64,000 nt of DNA from Abditibacterium sp. (lineage in GTDB: Bacteria > Armatimonadota > Abditibacteriia > Abditibacteriales > Abditibacteriaceae). The stretch covers positions 2,240,001-2,304,000 of the forward strand of contig CBDASK010000003.1 in the NCBI GenBank assembly GCA_965199495.1. Reading direction: 5' to 3'. Each line of letters opens with the position of its first letter. Within the stretch, counting starts at the first letter, position 1. Positions 1-8,383 of the stretch are shown here, one piece after another. Under the pieces are notes generated by a model. It saw only the letters and a list, made by a program, of their open reading frames with translations, was not told the DNA's origin and ran no database searches. Both the position numbers and the translations under genes were made by a program.

Positions 1-216
1 ATCTTCCATAATCTGCGGATCGAGCGCGAAACGCTGGGCCAACGCGTCCAATTCGTGCTTGGTCGGCGCCGAAATATCGAGCCACACGAACGATTTGGAT
101 TTGCCCAACGGCACCCGATTTTTGGTGTCCGAAGTTAAGGCCGTGTCCTGCAAACCCTGCTCATCTAATTTTTGTAACGTATTATCGGTCGCGTTGTAAT
201 GAAAAGCTCTCAGCAC
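1..216 (-). CDS. corA: CorA-family Mg2+/Co2+ transporter, N-terminal part (runs off window start)
   Basis: Manual translation from GTG at 216: MLRAFHYNATD...SFVWLDISAPTKHELDALAQRFALDPQIMED; WLDI-P...F-L-P...ED is the CorA N-terminal pattern; frame open to base 1. Confidence 0.75.
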   Translation of the reverse strand, partial: MLRAFHYNATDNTLQKLDEQGLQDTALTSDTKNRVPLGKSKSFVWLDISAPTKHELDALAQRFALDPQIMED

Positions 217-315
217 GGGAAGATATTTTAACGCGTTACCAACGCCAAAAATTTAAAATTGTTGGGCGCAAAGTTCTGGCGAACTGAACTTCTTATAACT
301 CTCTGCGTCTATACC

Positions 316-333
316 TTGTGAAAAAGTTCACAA
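316..333. promoter_or_regulatory. Rex-type operator (TTGTGAA-N4-TTCACAA)
   Basis: TTGTGAA AAAG TTCACAA, perfect palindrome matching the Rex consensus, ~80 bp upstream of nadA. Confidence 0.75.
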
Positions 334-415
334 AGTGATAAATTGTGGACGGGAATTGGACAGAACGTTTCATTAGGAACTTTCATTCCCATTTTCAATA
401 GCGAGGTTTTCATCC

Positions 416-1669
416 ATGACAACAACAGCACAGGGCGAGTACGCTCCTACTTTACAGAAAGTCCGGTTGGCCGAGAAGGTCTTTAACGCGCCGGGCGGCG
501 GTTGGATTGGGCACATTACGATGAGCAGTGGCGCGCAGTTGCAGGCGCCGCTCCCCGCCAAATATACCAAGATGTCGCCCGAAGAGATCGCCGAAAAAAT
601 CGCCATCGCGCGCGAAAAATTGGGCGACAAACTGGTGATCCTGGGCCATCATTACCAGCGCGAAGAAGTCATTCGCTGGGCCGATTTGCGCGGCGACAGC
701 TATAAGCTGTGCGTGGACGCGGCGGCGCGTCCCAACGCGGAGTGGCTGATCTTTTGTGGCGTTCATTTTATGGCCGAAAGCGCCGATATTTTGAGCGCGC
801 CGCACCAAAAAGTGATTTTGCCCGACCTGCACGCCGGTTGCTCGATGGCCGACATGGCCGATATTGACCAGGTCGAAGAAGCGTGGGACGCGCTGACGCA
901 GGCGTGCGAAGGCCAGAAAATTATCCCGATTACCTACATGAACAGCGCGGCCAATCTCAAGGCGTTCGTGGGGCGTAATGGCGGCGCGGTTTGCACTTCG
1001 GGCAACGCGCAGAAAATCATGGATTGGGCTTTGACGCCCGAAAAAGACGGCGGCGCGGGCGGCACCAAACTGTTGTTTTTTCCCGATCAACATCTGGGCC
1101 GCAACACCGCCGTTTTGGAGATGGGTTTCGCGCTCGACGATTGTCTGGTGTGGGATCCGAATCAGGACATGGGCGGCTTGAGCGAAGACGCGTTGCGGCG
1201 CGCGCCGATTCTGTTGTGGAAAGGCCATTGCAGCGTTCACGGCACGTTTCTGCCGATTCACGTTGACAATATGCGCAAGGCCCATCCCGGCGTGCATATT
1301 GTGGTGCATCCCGAATGCACTTACGATGTCGTGGTCAAAGCCGACAGTTATGGTTCGACCGAGAAAATTCGCAAGATTATTGAGGCGGGCAAAGCGGGCG
1401 ATGTGTTCGCGGTTGGAACCGAGATTAATCTGGTTTCGCGTCTGGCCGAGGAGTATCCCGACCGCACGGTTTTGAGCCTCAATCCCAATGTTTGCGTCTG
1501 CTCGACGATGTATCGCATTGATGGCCCGCATATGTTGTGGGTGATGGATAACCTGCTTGAAGGCCGTGTCGTCAACCAAATCGTGGTGCCCGAAGACATC
1601 GCGCGCGAAGCAAAGTTGGCGTTGCAACGCATGATGGATATTCACGAGCATGGCGTAACCGACGTTTAA
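416..1669 (+). CDS. nadA: Quinolinate synthase A
   Basis: LGHHYQ, FCGVHFMAES, AGCSMADM, CTSGNA, FFPDQHLG, GHCSVH, HPEC, GTE, C-x-C-S-T-M motifs. Confidence 0.95.
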   Translation: MTTTAQGEYAPTLQKVRLAEKVFNAPGGGWIGHITMSSGAQLQAPLPAKYTKMSPEEIAEKIAIAREKLGDKLVILGHHYQREEVIRWADLRGDSYKLCVDAAARPNAEWLIFCGVHFMAESADILSAPHQKVILPDLHAGCSMADMADIDQVEEAWDALTQACEGQKIIPITYMNSAANLKAFVGRNGGAVCTSGNAQKIMDWALTPEKDGGAGGTKLLFFPDQHLGRNTAVLEMGFALDDCLVWDPNQDMGGLSEDALRRAPILLWKGHCSVHGTFLPIHVDNMRKAHPGVHIVVHPECTYDVVVKADSYGSTEKIRKIIEAGKAGDVFAVGTEINLVSRLAEEYPDRTVLSLNPNVCVCSTMYRIDGPHMLWVMDNLLEGRVVNQIVVPEDIAREAKLALQRMMDIHEHGVTDV

Positions 1670-1683
1670 AAATCGGAATATCG

Positions 1684-1722
1684 AAAAGGCGCGCGCAACT
1701 GATTTTGCGCGCGCCTTTTTTT
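1684..1722 (+). terminator. Intrinsic terminator after nadA
   Basis: AAAAGGCGCGCGCAA-loop-TTGCGCGCGCCTTTTTTT. Confidence 0.85.
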
Positions 1723-1947
1723 CGGATTTGAAATATTCAATCGCGTGAAATAGCTGTATTACGATTCGGCGGAACTCTAAAACATTCTGGCGCGTCCTTC
1801 AATTGAGTTAAGAAAAGAAAAGTAGTGCGTCTAATCTTTGGTTCTTGCTTCCTTATAGCGGAAGTCGAAAACAGGCGAATCGAAGAAGCGCTTTTGGGAA
1901 CCTTGAGGCGCGTTTCTGCTTCTTTTCTGCTGGTTAATAGGTTGTTT

Positions 1948-2559
1948 ATGAAGCCCGATTGTTCACAAGTTCTCACGCAATTTGCGTCGTTTAGCGTCGA
2001 AGAGTTATCCGACTCTGAGGCGGCCTTACTGCTTCACCATCTCGAAGAGTGCGAGCCGTGCAAGGGCCAGTGGTTGCTCTTTGAAAAGACTTTGACCGTT
2101 GTCACGCAAAGCGGCCCGCGCGATGAGGATGTCGAGCAGGTGCGCTCTCAGCAGATGTGGCTGGTTTGCATGGAACACGCGCGCCAGAACCTCACTAAAA
2201 AACATTCGTTGACCGCCGCGCACAACTGCAAAGCCATTGCGGGAAAATCGGGCGTGCGCGCCGACGAAAACTCGGAAAATTCGTCCGCTTTAACAACGTC
2301 GCGCGTGAGCCTGACAATTGTGGGTGGCGCGCTTTTGATGCTGGCTTCGTCGCCGTGGCTGGCTCCGCGTCCCGCCGCCGCTCAGGACATCGTGACGCCC
2401 GCGAAACTACAAGTCGTCGCCGTCAAGACGACGGCTCTCACGGTTAAACCCTTGGTAGATTACGGCGCGACGTTGGGTTTTAAATCTTTATCAGCCACGG
2501 CGCCGATGTCCGCGAAAGTGAAATATTCGGGCGCGACGGCTAAATTTGGATTTCGCTAA
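1948..2559 (+). CDS. Zinc-finger (zf-HC2) anti-sigma-like membrane protein
   Basis: MKPDC...HHLEECEPC (HxxxCxxC), one hydrophobic segment; start reassigned to ATG 1948. Confidence 0.6.
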   Translation: MKPDCSQVLTQFASFSVEELSDSEAALLLHHLEECEPCKGQWLLFEKTLTVVTQSGPRDEDVEQVRSQQMWLVCMEHARQNLTKKHSLTAAHNCKAIAGKSGVRADENSENSSALTTSRVSLTIVGGALLMLASSPWLAPRPAAAQDIVTPAKLQVVAVKTTALTVKPLVDYGATLGFKSLSATAPMSAKVKYSGATAKFGFR

Positions 2560-2573
2560 AAATTAGGCAATTG

Positions 2574-2611
2574 AAAAGCGAGCGAACTTGTTTAGGTTCG
2601 CTCGCTTTTTT
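2574..2611. terminator. Bidirectional terminator between convergent genes
   Basis: AAAAGCGAGCGAAC...GTTCGCTCGCTTTTTT. Confidence 0.85.
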
Positions 2612-2622
2612 GTTTGATGATT

Positions 2623-4044
2623 TTACGGTCGCTTGTCGCCTGCGGCCAGACGTTTGAGCGCCGCAGTCACGTTCATCATGGAACGGCCTTCGTGATAGCT
2701 TTCCGTCCAACGGTCGCTTTTGACCTGCGCGTCTGGCGGCGGCGAGCCGTCGGGGTTGACATAGGAGAACCAGCCGCCATTGACTGGATCAATTTGGTAT
2801 TGGCGAATGAAATTCCACTGTTTCACGAACGCCAGCCAATAGCGTGGATCGGCGTTGCGGCCCGTGCCGTAAAGCTCGTGCATCAACAGCAAGGCGTTGA
2901 GCGCTTCGGCCTGCGTCCACCAGACTTTATCGGGCTTGACGATGCCACCAAAAACGCCGCCCGCATCAGCCACGCCGCCGATGGTTTGGTCGAAGGCCAC
3001 ATCGAGCGTATGATCAACCAATGCGCGCGCCGCGCGCTTGGTTTTGACATCGCCCCCGCGTCCCAAAATGTGCGCGGCCTCGGTCAAAAGATAGGCGGTT
3101 TCGATGTCGTGGCCATAAGAATCTTCGGCGGGCACGGCGCGCCAATCGGGCGTGAAATATTGATTGAGCGCGCCCGGCTCAACGTAAATTACATCGCGCA
3201 CCAACTCGAATAATTCGTTCAAGCGATTTTTGAGTTGCGGTTCGGGCCAGACTTCGTAGAGCGCGCCGTAGGCTTCGAGCAGATGAATATGCGTATTCAT
3301 GCTTTTGTAGCCGTAGCGCGTGCCGATGAAATCCGATTCTTGATCGTCCGAAACTGGCGCTAAAATCGGCGTGCCATCGCGTTTTAACGCCTCGAAGTAA
3401 CCTTTGTTTTTGTTATCGTGCGCGTGCTTTTCGAGCCAGAAGAAATCTTGCTGCGCCAAACGCAGCGCGTCGGGGTTTTTGGTGGCCTTATAAGCCGCGC
3501 TCAGCGCGTAAATAGCGAAGGCGTTGCCGTAAACGTGCTTCTCGCCATTGCGGTCGGCGACGCCTTTATCCACTTGCCAATAAAAGCCGCCGTTTTGCGC
3601 GTCCCACATCTCGCGGCTCAACTCGGCCACGCCGTGGCTGGCATAATTGCGGTAAATAAATTCTTCGGAAGGCAAGCGCAGCGCGGCCTGCGCCGCCGTC
3701 CACGTCAGGCGCGATTGATAGACGATGGAGCGTTCCGTTCCCGGCAGTTTCGTCCAATCATAAGCGAAGTTTTGGTCGAAACCGCCCTGCTGGAGATTGA
3801 CGGCGGCGGGAAACCATTTTGCCAAAATCTGCGTTTGCAAATTATCCTGCGTCTGTTTGGCGATGGCGTTATATTCAATGGCCGTCGGCGGAAAATACGA
3901 TTTGACGGTATTAGCCGCCACGGCGGCAGTATTGGGCGGTGCGTTTTGCGCCAATGCAATGGTTGGCAAAACGAGCGTCGCAAGAAAAGCGGCAAGCCGC
4001 AATGAATGTTTCATATTTTTTGTGGTATCGCTCACACTCTTCAT
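2623..4044 (-). CDS. AGE-family epimerase (cellobiose/mannobiose 2-epimerase) with N-terminal signal peptide; alternative start 4014
   Basis: YQSRLTW, KSMNTHIHLLEAY, SYGHDIE, WWTQAEA, SYHEGR motifs; MKHSLRLAAFLATLVLPTIALA-Q signal. Confidence 0.85.
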   Translation of the reverse strand: MKSVSDTTKNMKHSLRLAAFLATLVLPTIALAQNAPPNTAAVAANTVKSYFPPTAIEYNAIAKQTQDNLQTQILAKWFPAAVNLQQGGFDQNFAYDWTKLPGTERSIVYQSRLTWTAAQAALRLPSEEFIYRNYASHGVAELSREMWDAQNGGFYWQVDKGVADRNGEKHVYGNAFAIYALSAAYKATKNPDALRLAQQDFFWLEKHAHDNKNKGYFEALKRDGTPILAPVSDDQESDFIGTRYGYKSMNTHIHLLEAYGALYEVWPEPQLKNRLNELFELVRDVIYVEPGALNQYFTPDWRAVPAEDSYGHDIETAYLLTEAAHILGRGGDVKTKRAARALVDHTLDVAFDQTIGGVADAGGVFGGIVKPDKVWWTQAEALNALLLMHELYGTGRNADPRYWLAFVKQWNFIRQYQIDPVNGGWFSYVNPDGSPPPDAQVKSDRWTESYHEGRSMMNVTAALKRLAAGDKRP

Positions 4045-4058
4045 TAGAAGATGTTGAC

Positions 4059-5552
4059 TTACCCACTAATGCCCGCCGGCAAATCCGATTTATTCAGCAC
4101 GTCGGGCGCGTTGTAAAGCGCTTTGACTTTGGCATCCGATTTCATTTTCTGCGGCCCTTGCGCGCCCGACCACGAAACGAAATACGACCAACGCACGCCG
4201 AATTGTGTCATCTTTTCGATGTCGGGCACGCCACCGACTTCGTTTAACGCGATGAGCTTTTTGCCGCCGTGCTTTTCGTTGAGCATCTCCCATGTCGCAC
4301 TCAGCGGATCGGAAAGATCGCTGGGATATTCGTCGGCGCCCACGACATCCACGACATCGTCGCCGGGATACCAATCGTCTTTGCCTTCGGTCGTGTAAAC
4401 CCAGATAAGGTTGTGCAGATTGTGCTTGACCGTGAGCCGATTATACAGGATGCGCCACAACTTTTTCGAGGCTTCCGGCCCTTTGGCGCCCCACCAAAAC
4501 CAACCGCCTTCGGCTTCGTGGAGCGGGCGCCACAACACGGGAATGCCCGCGTCATCGAACTTTTTCAGTTGAACCGCAATCGCGTCAATGTCGCGCATCA
4601 ACAATTTGTAATCGTCGCCATCGGGATTATCGAGCGCCGCCTGCAAATCGAAAGTCGTGGCGCGCGTATAAAAACCGCTCCACCACAGCGCCTGAACTTC
4701 TTCGCCGTTTTTGTCTTTGTAGTTTTTATCGATCAAGTGCGACGGCGCGTTCCAGTGCCACGACAGCGTGACGATTTGGCCGTTTTGCGCGCGCTTAATA
4801 TACGATTCGCTGGTGCCTTCGGGCTGGGTGCCGTGTTCGAGGCGCGAGGGCGAATAATCTATCAAATCGCCGCCGAAAATCGCGGGTGTAACGCCGAATT
4901 TCTGAGTCAGATCATCGTTGTCGGCTTTTTCATATTGGCCCGACAGCGTTTTCTCTCCGTATTGGCCCACCAAATATTTCATCAACGCGCGCGCGGCGGG
5001 CGTGGCTTTGGCGTTGGTCAACGTCGCGGGCGGCTTGGCCAGAGCAGCCACGCCGGTAGCGGCCACGAAATCGAGCGCGTCAACCTCGTAATAACCCCAA
5101 CCTTTATTGATGGCGATTTGGTTGTCGCCCGCTTTGAGTGCAATTTTGCCCAGCGAAGTCGTGGCAAAAACGTCTTCTGTTTGGGGCAATTTGCCCGCAG
5201 TCTTGACGCCGTTGATGACGAGTTCGGTGCCCTTGTCGCCGCTGGGCGAGCTATAACGCACGCGCGCTTCATAGATTCCGGCTTTGGTGACGGGCAAAGT
5301 CCATTGGATATGGTCGCCATCTTTGGTGAAACCCGAAACGTAACCTGTGCCCGAAAACCCCGCGCGTTTGGTTTCGATTTGCGCACCCATCAGTTGGGCG
5401 TCTTCGGCTTCGAGATGAAGTTTGTCTCCGGTGGACTGTGGCGCCGTGGCTGCATCGGCGACGGCTGCATCGGCGGCGTGTGCTTGTGTGGCGCAACCGC
5501 CGTACGCGACCAGGGTAGAAAGAAAAGCGGCAAGGCGCAGAGTGTGATTCAT
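4059..5552 (-). CDS. Secreted beta-mannanase, CBM35 + GH26
   Basis: EAEDA...GFSGTGYV CBM; SWHWNAP, WRPLHEAEGGWFWWG, WYPGDDVVD, ALNEVG GH26 motifs; signal peptide. Confidence 0.9.
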   Translation of the reverse strand: MNHTLRLAAFLSTLVAYGGCATQAHAADAAVADAATAPQSTGDKLHLEAEDAQLMGAQIETKRAGFSGTGYVSGFTKDGDHIQWTLPVTKAGIYEARVRYSSPSGDKGTELVINGVKTAGKLPQTEDVFATTSLGKIALKAGDNQIAINKGWGYYEVDALDFVAATGVAALAKPPATLTNAKATPAARALMKYLVGQYGEKTLSGQYEKADNDDLTQKFGVTPAIFGGDLIDYSPSRLEHGTQPEGTSESYIKRAQNGQIVTLSWHWNAPSHLIDKNYKDKNGEEVQALWWSGFYTRATTFDLQAALDNPDGDDYKLLMRDIDAIAVQLKKFDDAGIPVLWRPLHEAEGGWFWWGAKGPEASKKLWRILYNRLTVKHNLHNLIWVYTTEGKDDWYPGDDVVDVVGADEYPSDLSDPLSATWEMLNEKHGGKKLIALNEVGGVPDIEKMTQFGVRWSYFVSWSGAQGPQKMKSDAKVKALYNAPDVLNKSDLPAGISG

Positions 5553-5570
5553 GGAAGAATTGGGAAAAGA

Positions 5571-5600
5571 AAAAGGCCGCTAATTGCTTAGCGGCCTTTT
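5571..5600 (-). terminator. Terminator-like hairpin between lipoprotein gene and GH26 gene
   Basis: AAAAGGCCGCTAA-TTGC-TTAGCGGCCTTTT; U-tract on the minus strand. Confidence 0.7.
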
Positions 5601-5698
5601 GAATTGAAATTTAACTACTTTGGAAGGTGTTTAAATTTTCAACTCGCCAGAGTGAACAGGGAGAAGGAGTGAGCCAACGTTTGCACTCCCAAGCAGTT

Positions 5699-5962
5699 TT
5701 ATTGTTCTGCTTTAGCGTGCTGTTGAGCGACCGCTGCTGCTCCCTGTTGCGCCGCTTGTGCGCGCGCTTGTTCTGAAGCTGCGCTTTCGGCGGCGCCTTT
5801 GGCAGAGGCAGCCGCAGCCGTTGCAGGATCAACAGCCACATTGGCTACAGTATTTTCGTTGGATTTGCTGCAACCACTCAGAGCGCTGACGCTCGTCAAA
5901 ATTGCAGCTAACGCAAGGTAGTAAAGTGAAGACTTTATGGAACGAAAAACGTTGTTTTGCAT
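5699..5962 (-). CDS. Small Ala/Gln-rich lipoprotein (87 aa)
   Basis: MQNNVFRSIK, hydrophobic stretch, lipobox LSGC; starts 7 bp after the DUF1559 stop. Confidence 0.7.
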   Translation of the reverse strand: MQNNVFRSIKSSLYYLALAAILTSVSALSGCSKSNENTVANVAVDPATAAAASAKGAAESAASEQARAQAAQQGAAAVAQQHAKAEQ

Positions 5963-5969
5963 GGATGGT

Positions 5970-6785
5970 TTAATAATCGTAGAGTCTGAACGTGGGAGAC
6001 TGTCCCGAAACATCGAACGGGGTGCCAGCTCCATAAATCTGAGTGACCTTCTGGAATTTGACGTGTCCGTCGGCAAACAAGTAATTCGCCCCATCCAAAT
6101 GGCGTTTGGCAGCTCCATCGCGGTCAACCGTGTTCAAATCCTGACAACCGTAACGGCCATCAGCGCTACCGCCGATGATGCCATAGCAGTAAGCACCATC
6201 CTGTCCCGTGTCGTTGGTGTAATTAGCCGTCAAGGCATAACGCTGCTGACCCTTGAATCGCCCATCTTCAATCGGGGTCGTCGGGTTTTGATCTCCGCAC
6301 ATGATACCGATAGATGGACTTTGCAATCTGGCCAGTTTTGCCCCGGTAAAACCTCCGCCGGGAGGATTGGCGATCAGGCCACTGATGAAGTAGTCGGTGA
6401 CATCCGAAACTCCGGCTGAACCGCCGGGGTTATACGCGTCGTAGGGAGTAGCGCCCGATGTCTGCTCACTCGGACACTGAAAGATTTGGTAGCTCTTGAT
6501 ATACGGATTGATGATTTGCACCCAACCAGAGTAGGGCGGCCCGCCATGAGCGACTTGAGGATAAGTCTCATCGTAATCCTGCACATATTGCAGGATGCCG
6601 ATACCGATCTGCTTGAGGTTGCTCTGGCACGACGAGCGACGCGCGTTTTCGCGCGCGCGGGCGAAAACAGGGAACAGAATCGACGCGAGGATCGCGATGA
6701 TGGCGATAACCACGAGAAGCTCGATCAAAGTGAAGGCTGAGCGCGTTTTTGACTGTTGCAGTCCGTTTGCTTTGGTTGAAGACAT
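5970..6785 (-). CDS. DUF1559 prepilin-type N-terminal cleavage/methylation protein with H-X9-DG motif
   Basis: [68 protein letters not shown] before ATG 6785. Confidence 0.92.
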   Translation of the reverse strand: MSSTKANGLQQSKTRSAFTLIELLVVIAIIAILASILFPVFARARENARRSSCQSNLKQIGIGILQYVQDYDETYPQVAHGGPPYSGWVQIINPYIKSYQIFQCPSEQTSGATPYDAYNPGGSAGVSDVTDYFISGLIANPPGGGFTGAKLARLQSPSIGIMCGDQNPTTPIEDGRFKGQQRYALTANYTNDTGQDGAYCYGIIGGSADGRYGCQDLNTVDRDGAAKRHLDGANYLFADGHVKFQKVTQIYGAGTPFDVSGQSPTFRLYDY

Positions 6786-6892
6786 AATTTTCTCCGGGCG
6801 CTGAATGCGCCTCAAGTGAAGTTGATGCCATTGGCATCGGTCGGTGGCTCGTGTGAGGAGCGCATCAAGATGGGAAATTTAGCTATCGTTTT

Positions 6893-6948
6893 TGCTAAAT
6901 CCATTTAGCATGGATATGATTATACCCATTTTCGTCAAGTTTCAAACA
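6893..6948 (-). promoter_or_regulatory. Promoter plus palindromic LacI-type operator upstream of DUF1559 gene
   Basis: TGCTAAAT-CC-ATTTAGCA (6893-6910); minus strand TTGAAA...GGGTATAAT; near-copy at 8064-8118. Confidence 0.75.
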
Positions 6949-6973
6949 TTTTAAAGGGGAATTTTTTGAAACT

Positions 6974-8035
6974 TTAAATTCTTTGTTTGGAGGGAGGCCC
7001 ACAAGTGCCGCGCACGATGAGTTGCGTTGGCACTTCGATACAAGAATCGAACTGCAACGAAGCCCCGCCTTTTTCGCTTTGCCCACAGAGTTGCAGAATC
7101 TGGCGAGCAGCCACGCGGCCCATTTGGGTGAAGTCTTGGCGCACCGTAGTCAGCGGCGGATTGGCGAATTGGGCCATCGCGAAATCGGCGAAACCGATGA
7201 TGGACAAATCTTGCGGCACCTTCAATCCCAGTTCGTTGGCGATTTGCAAAGCTGCCATTGCGATGAAATCGCCCATGCAAAAGAGCGCCGTCGGACGCTC
7301 GTCCGCAGACAAACTCAATAGCGTGCGCGCGGCATCAACGCTGGGAGCGAGCAGAGTAAAGTCGCCGTTACGCACGTAATTGTCGGGCAAACTCAGGCCG
7401 TGTAATTCAAGCGCCGCACGAAAAGCCGATTCACGCAGAGGAACAATGGCATCGGGGGCCGCGCCCGCAACCAGCGCGATGCGGCGATGGCCCAGACCGA
7501 ACAAATATTCCACCGCATCGGCGATGCCGCACGCGTCCTCCGAGACGACGGAAGGCAAAGCGCTGTCGCGCGCGCGCGTGTCGAGCAGCAACAACGGATA
7601 TTTGTAGCGCTTGGCCTCGGCCTCAAATAGGGCGACGGCTGGCTCCGACAGGTGCAGTCCGATGGCGCCCTGCAAGCGCAATTCTGAACTGCGCCGCACC
7701 GCGCTCTCCACCATATCCGCGCTACCGCCCAACGGCGTCGGCAGCAGTTTGAGCGTGTAATCGTGCGACTCGATTTCTTCGAGGGCGCCCGCGACCATCG
7801 CGCCGACCTGCTCCCACGCCAAGTCGCCGCCCAAAACGCCGATCATGCGCGTGTTGCCGGTGCGCATCGCGCGCGCGCCGTGGTTGGCGCGATAGCCCAT
7901 CTCTTCCGCCGCCGCCAACACTTTTTGGCGCGTCGCCTCGCTGATGCGCGCTTCTTCGTGGCGGTCGTTGAGAACAAACGAAACCGTCGAAGAAGAAACC
8001 CCGGTGCGCTGCGCGATGTCACTTATTTTTAACAT
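6974..8035 (-). CDS. LacI-family transcriptional regulator
   Basis: ISDIAQRTGVSSSTVSFVLN HTH, GHRRIA, VPQDLSIIGF, PPLTTVRQD; AAGGAG RBS before ATG 8035. Confidence 0.95.
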   Translation of the reverse strand: MLKISDIAQRTGVSSSTVSFVLNDRHEEARISEATRQKVLAAAEEMGYRANHGARAMRTGNTRMIGVLGGDLAWEQVGAMVAGALEEIESHDYTLKLLPTPLGGSADMVESAVRRSSELRLQGAIGLHLSEPAVALFEAEAKRYKYPLLLLDTRARDSALPSVVSEDACGIADAVEYLFGLGHRRIALVAGAAPDAIVPLRESAFRAALELHGLSLPDNYVRNGDFTLLAPSVDAARTLLSLSADERPTALFCMGDFIAMAALQIANELGLKVPQDLSIIGFADFAMAQFANPPLTTVRQDFTQMGRVAARQILQLCGQSEKGGASLQFDSCIEVPTQLIVRGTCGPPSKQRI

Positions 8036-8063
8036 GACGAAAATCTCCTTCACTCCCTTTAGG

Positions 8064-8118
8064 TGCTAAAACGATTTAGCCGAATATGATTATACCCAAT
8101 TCGCCTATTTTTCAAACA
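8064..8118 (-). promoter_or_regulatory. Promoter plus operator upstream of lacI-family gene (autoregulation)
   Basis: TGCTAAAA-CG-ATTTAGC followed by ATATGATTATACCCA...TTTCAAACA, matching 6893-6948. Confidence 0.75.
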
Positions 8119-8383
8119 GGAAATCCCAATTTTTCATTTGTCGCGAGCGGTTTGCTTTGGGAAAATTCGGTTTTGTCACGGTGATTTCTTCGAGCAGCTT
8201 TGAATTATATTACCTTTGCGCGCGCATTGGAGCGAGCAATTGAGTGATGCGTTTACTAAACTGCCCAAACGTCGTTGGTGATGAGATTTTGGTAGCGAGG
8301 GTTTTCGCTACCGGCAACAATTCGTTGCAACAACTCGCGACGAACTGGCTCAAATTCGATGTCGGAATTTTCGCGCAAGCTCT

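Noticed and set aside
452..5591. Long antisense ORFs (452-1651, 2614-3213, 4269-5591) and similar ones elsewhere
   Set aside because: Shadows of real genes in GC-rich DNA; no motifs or start signals
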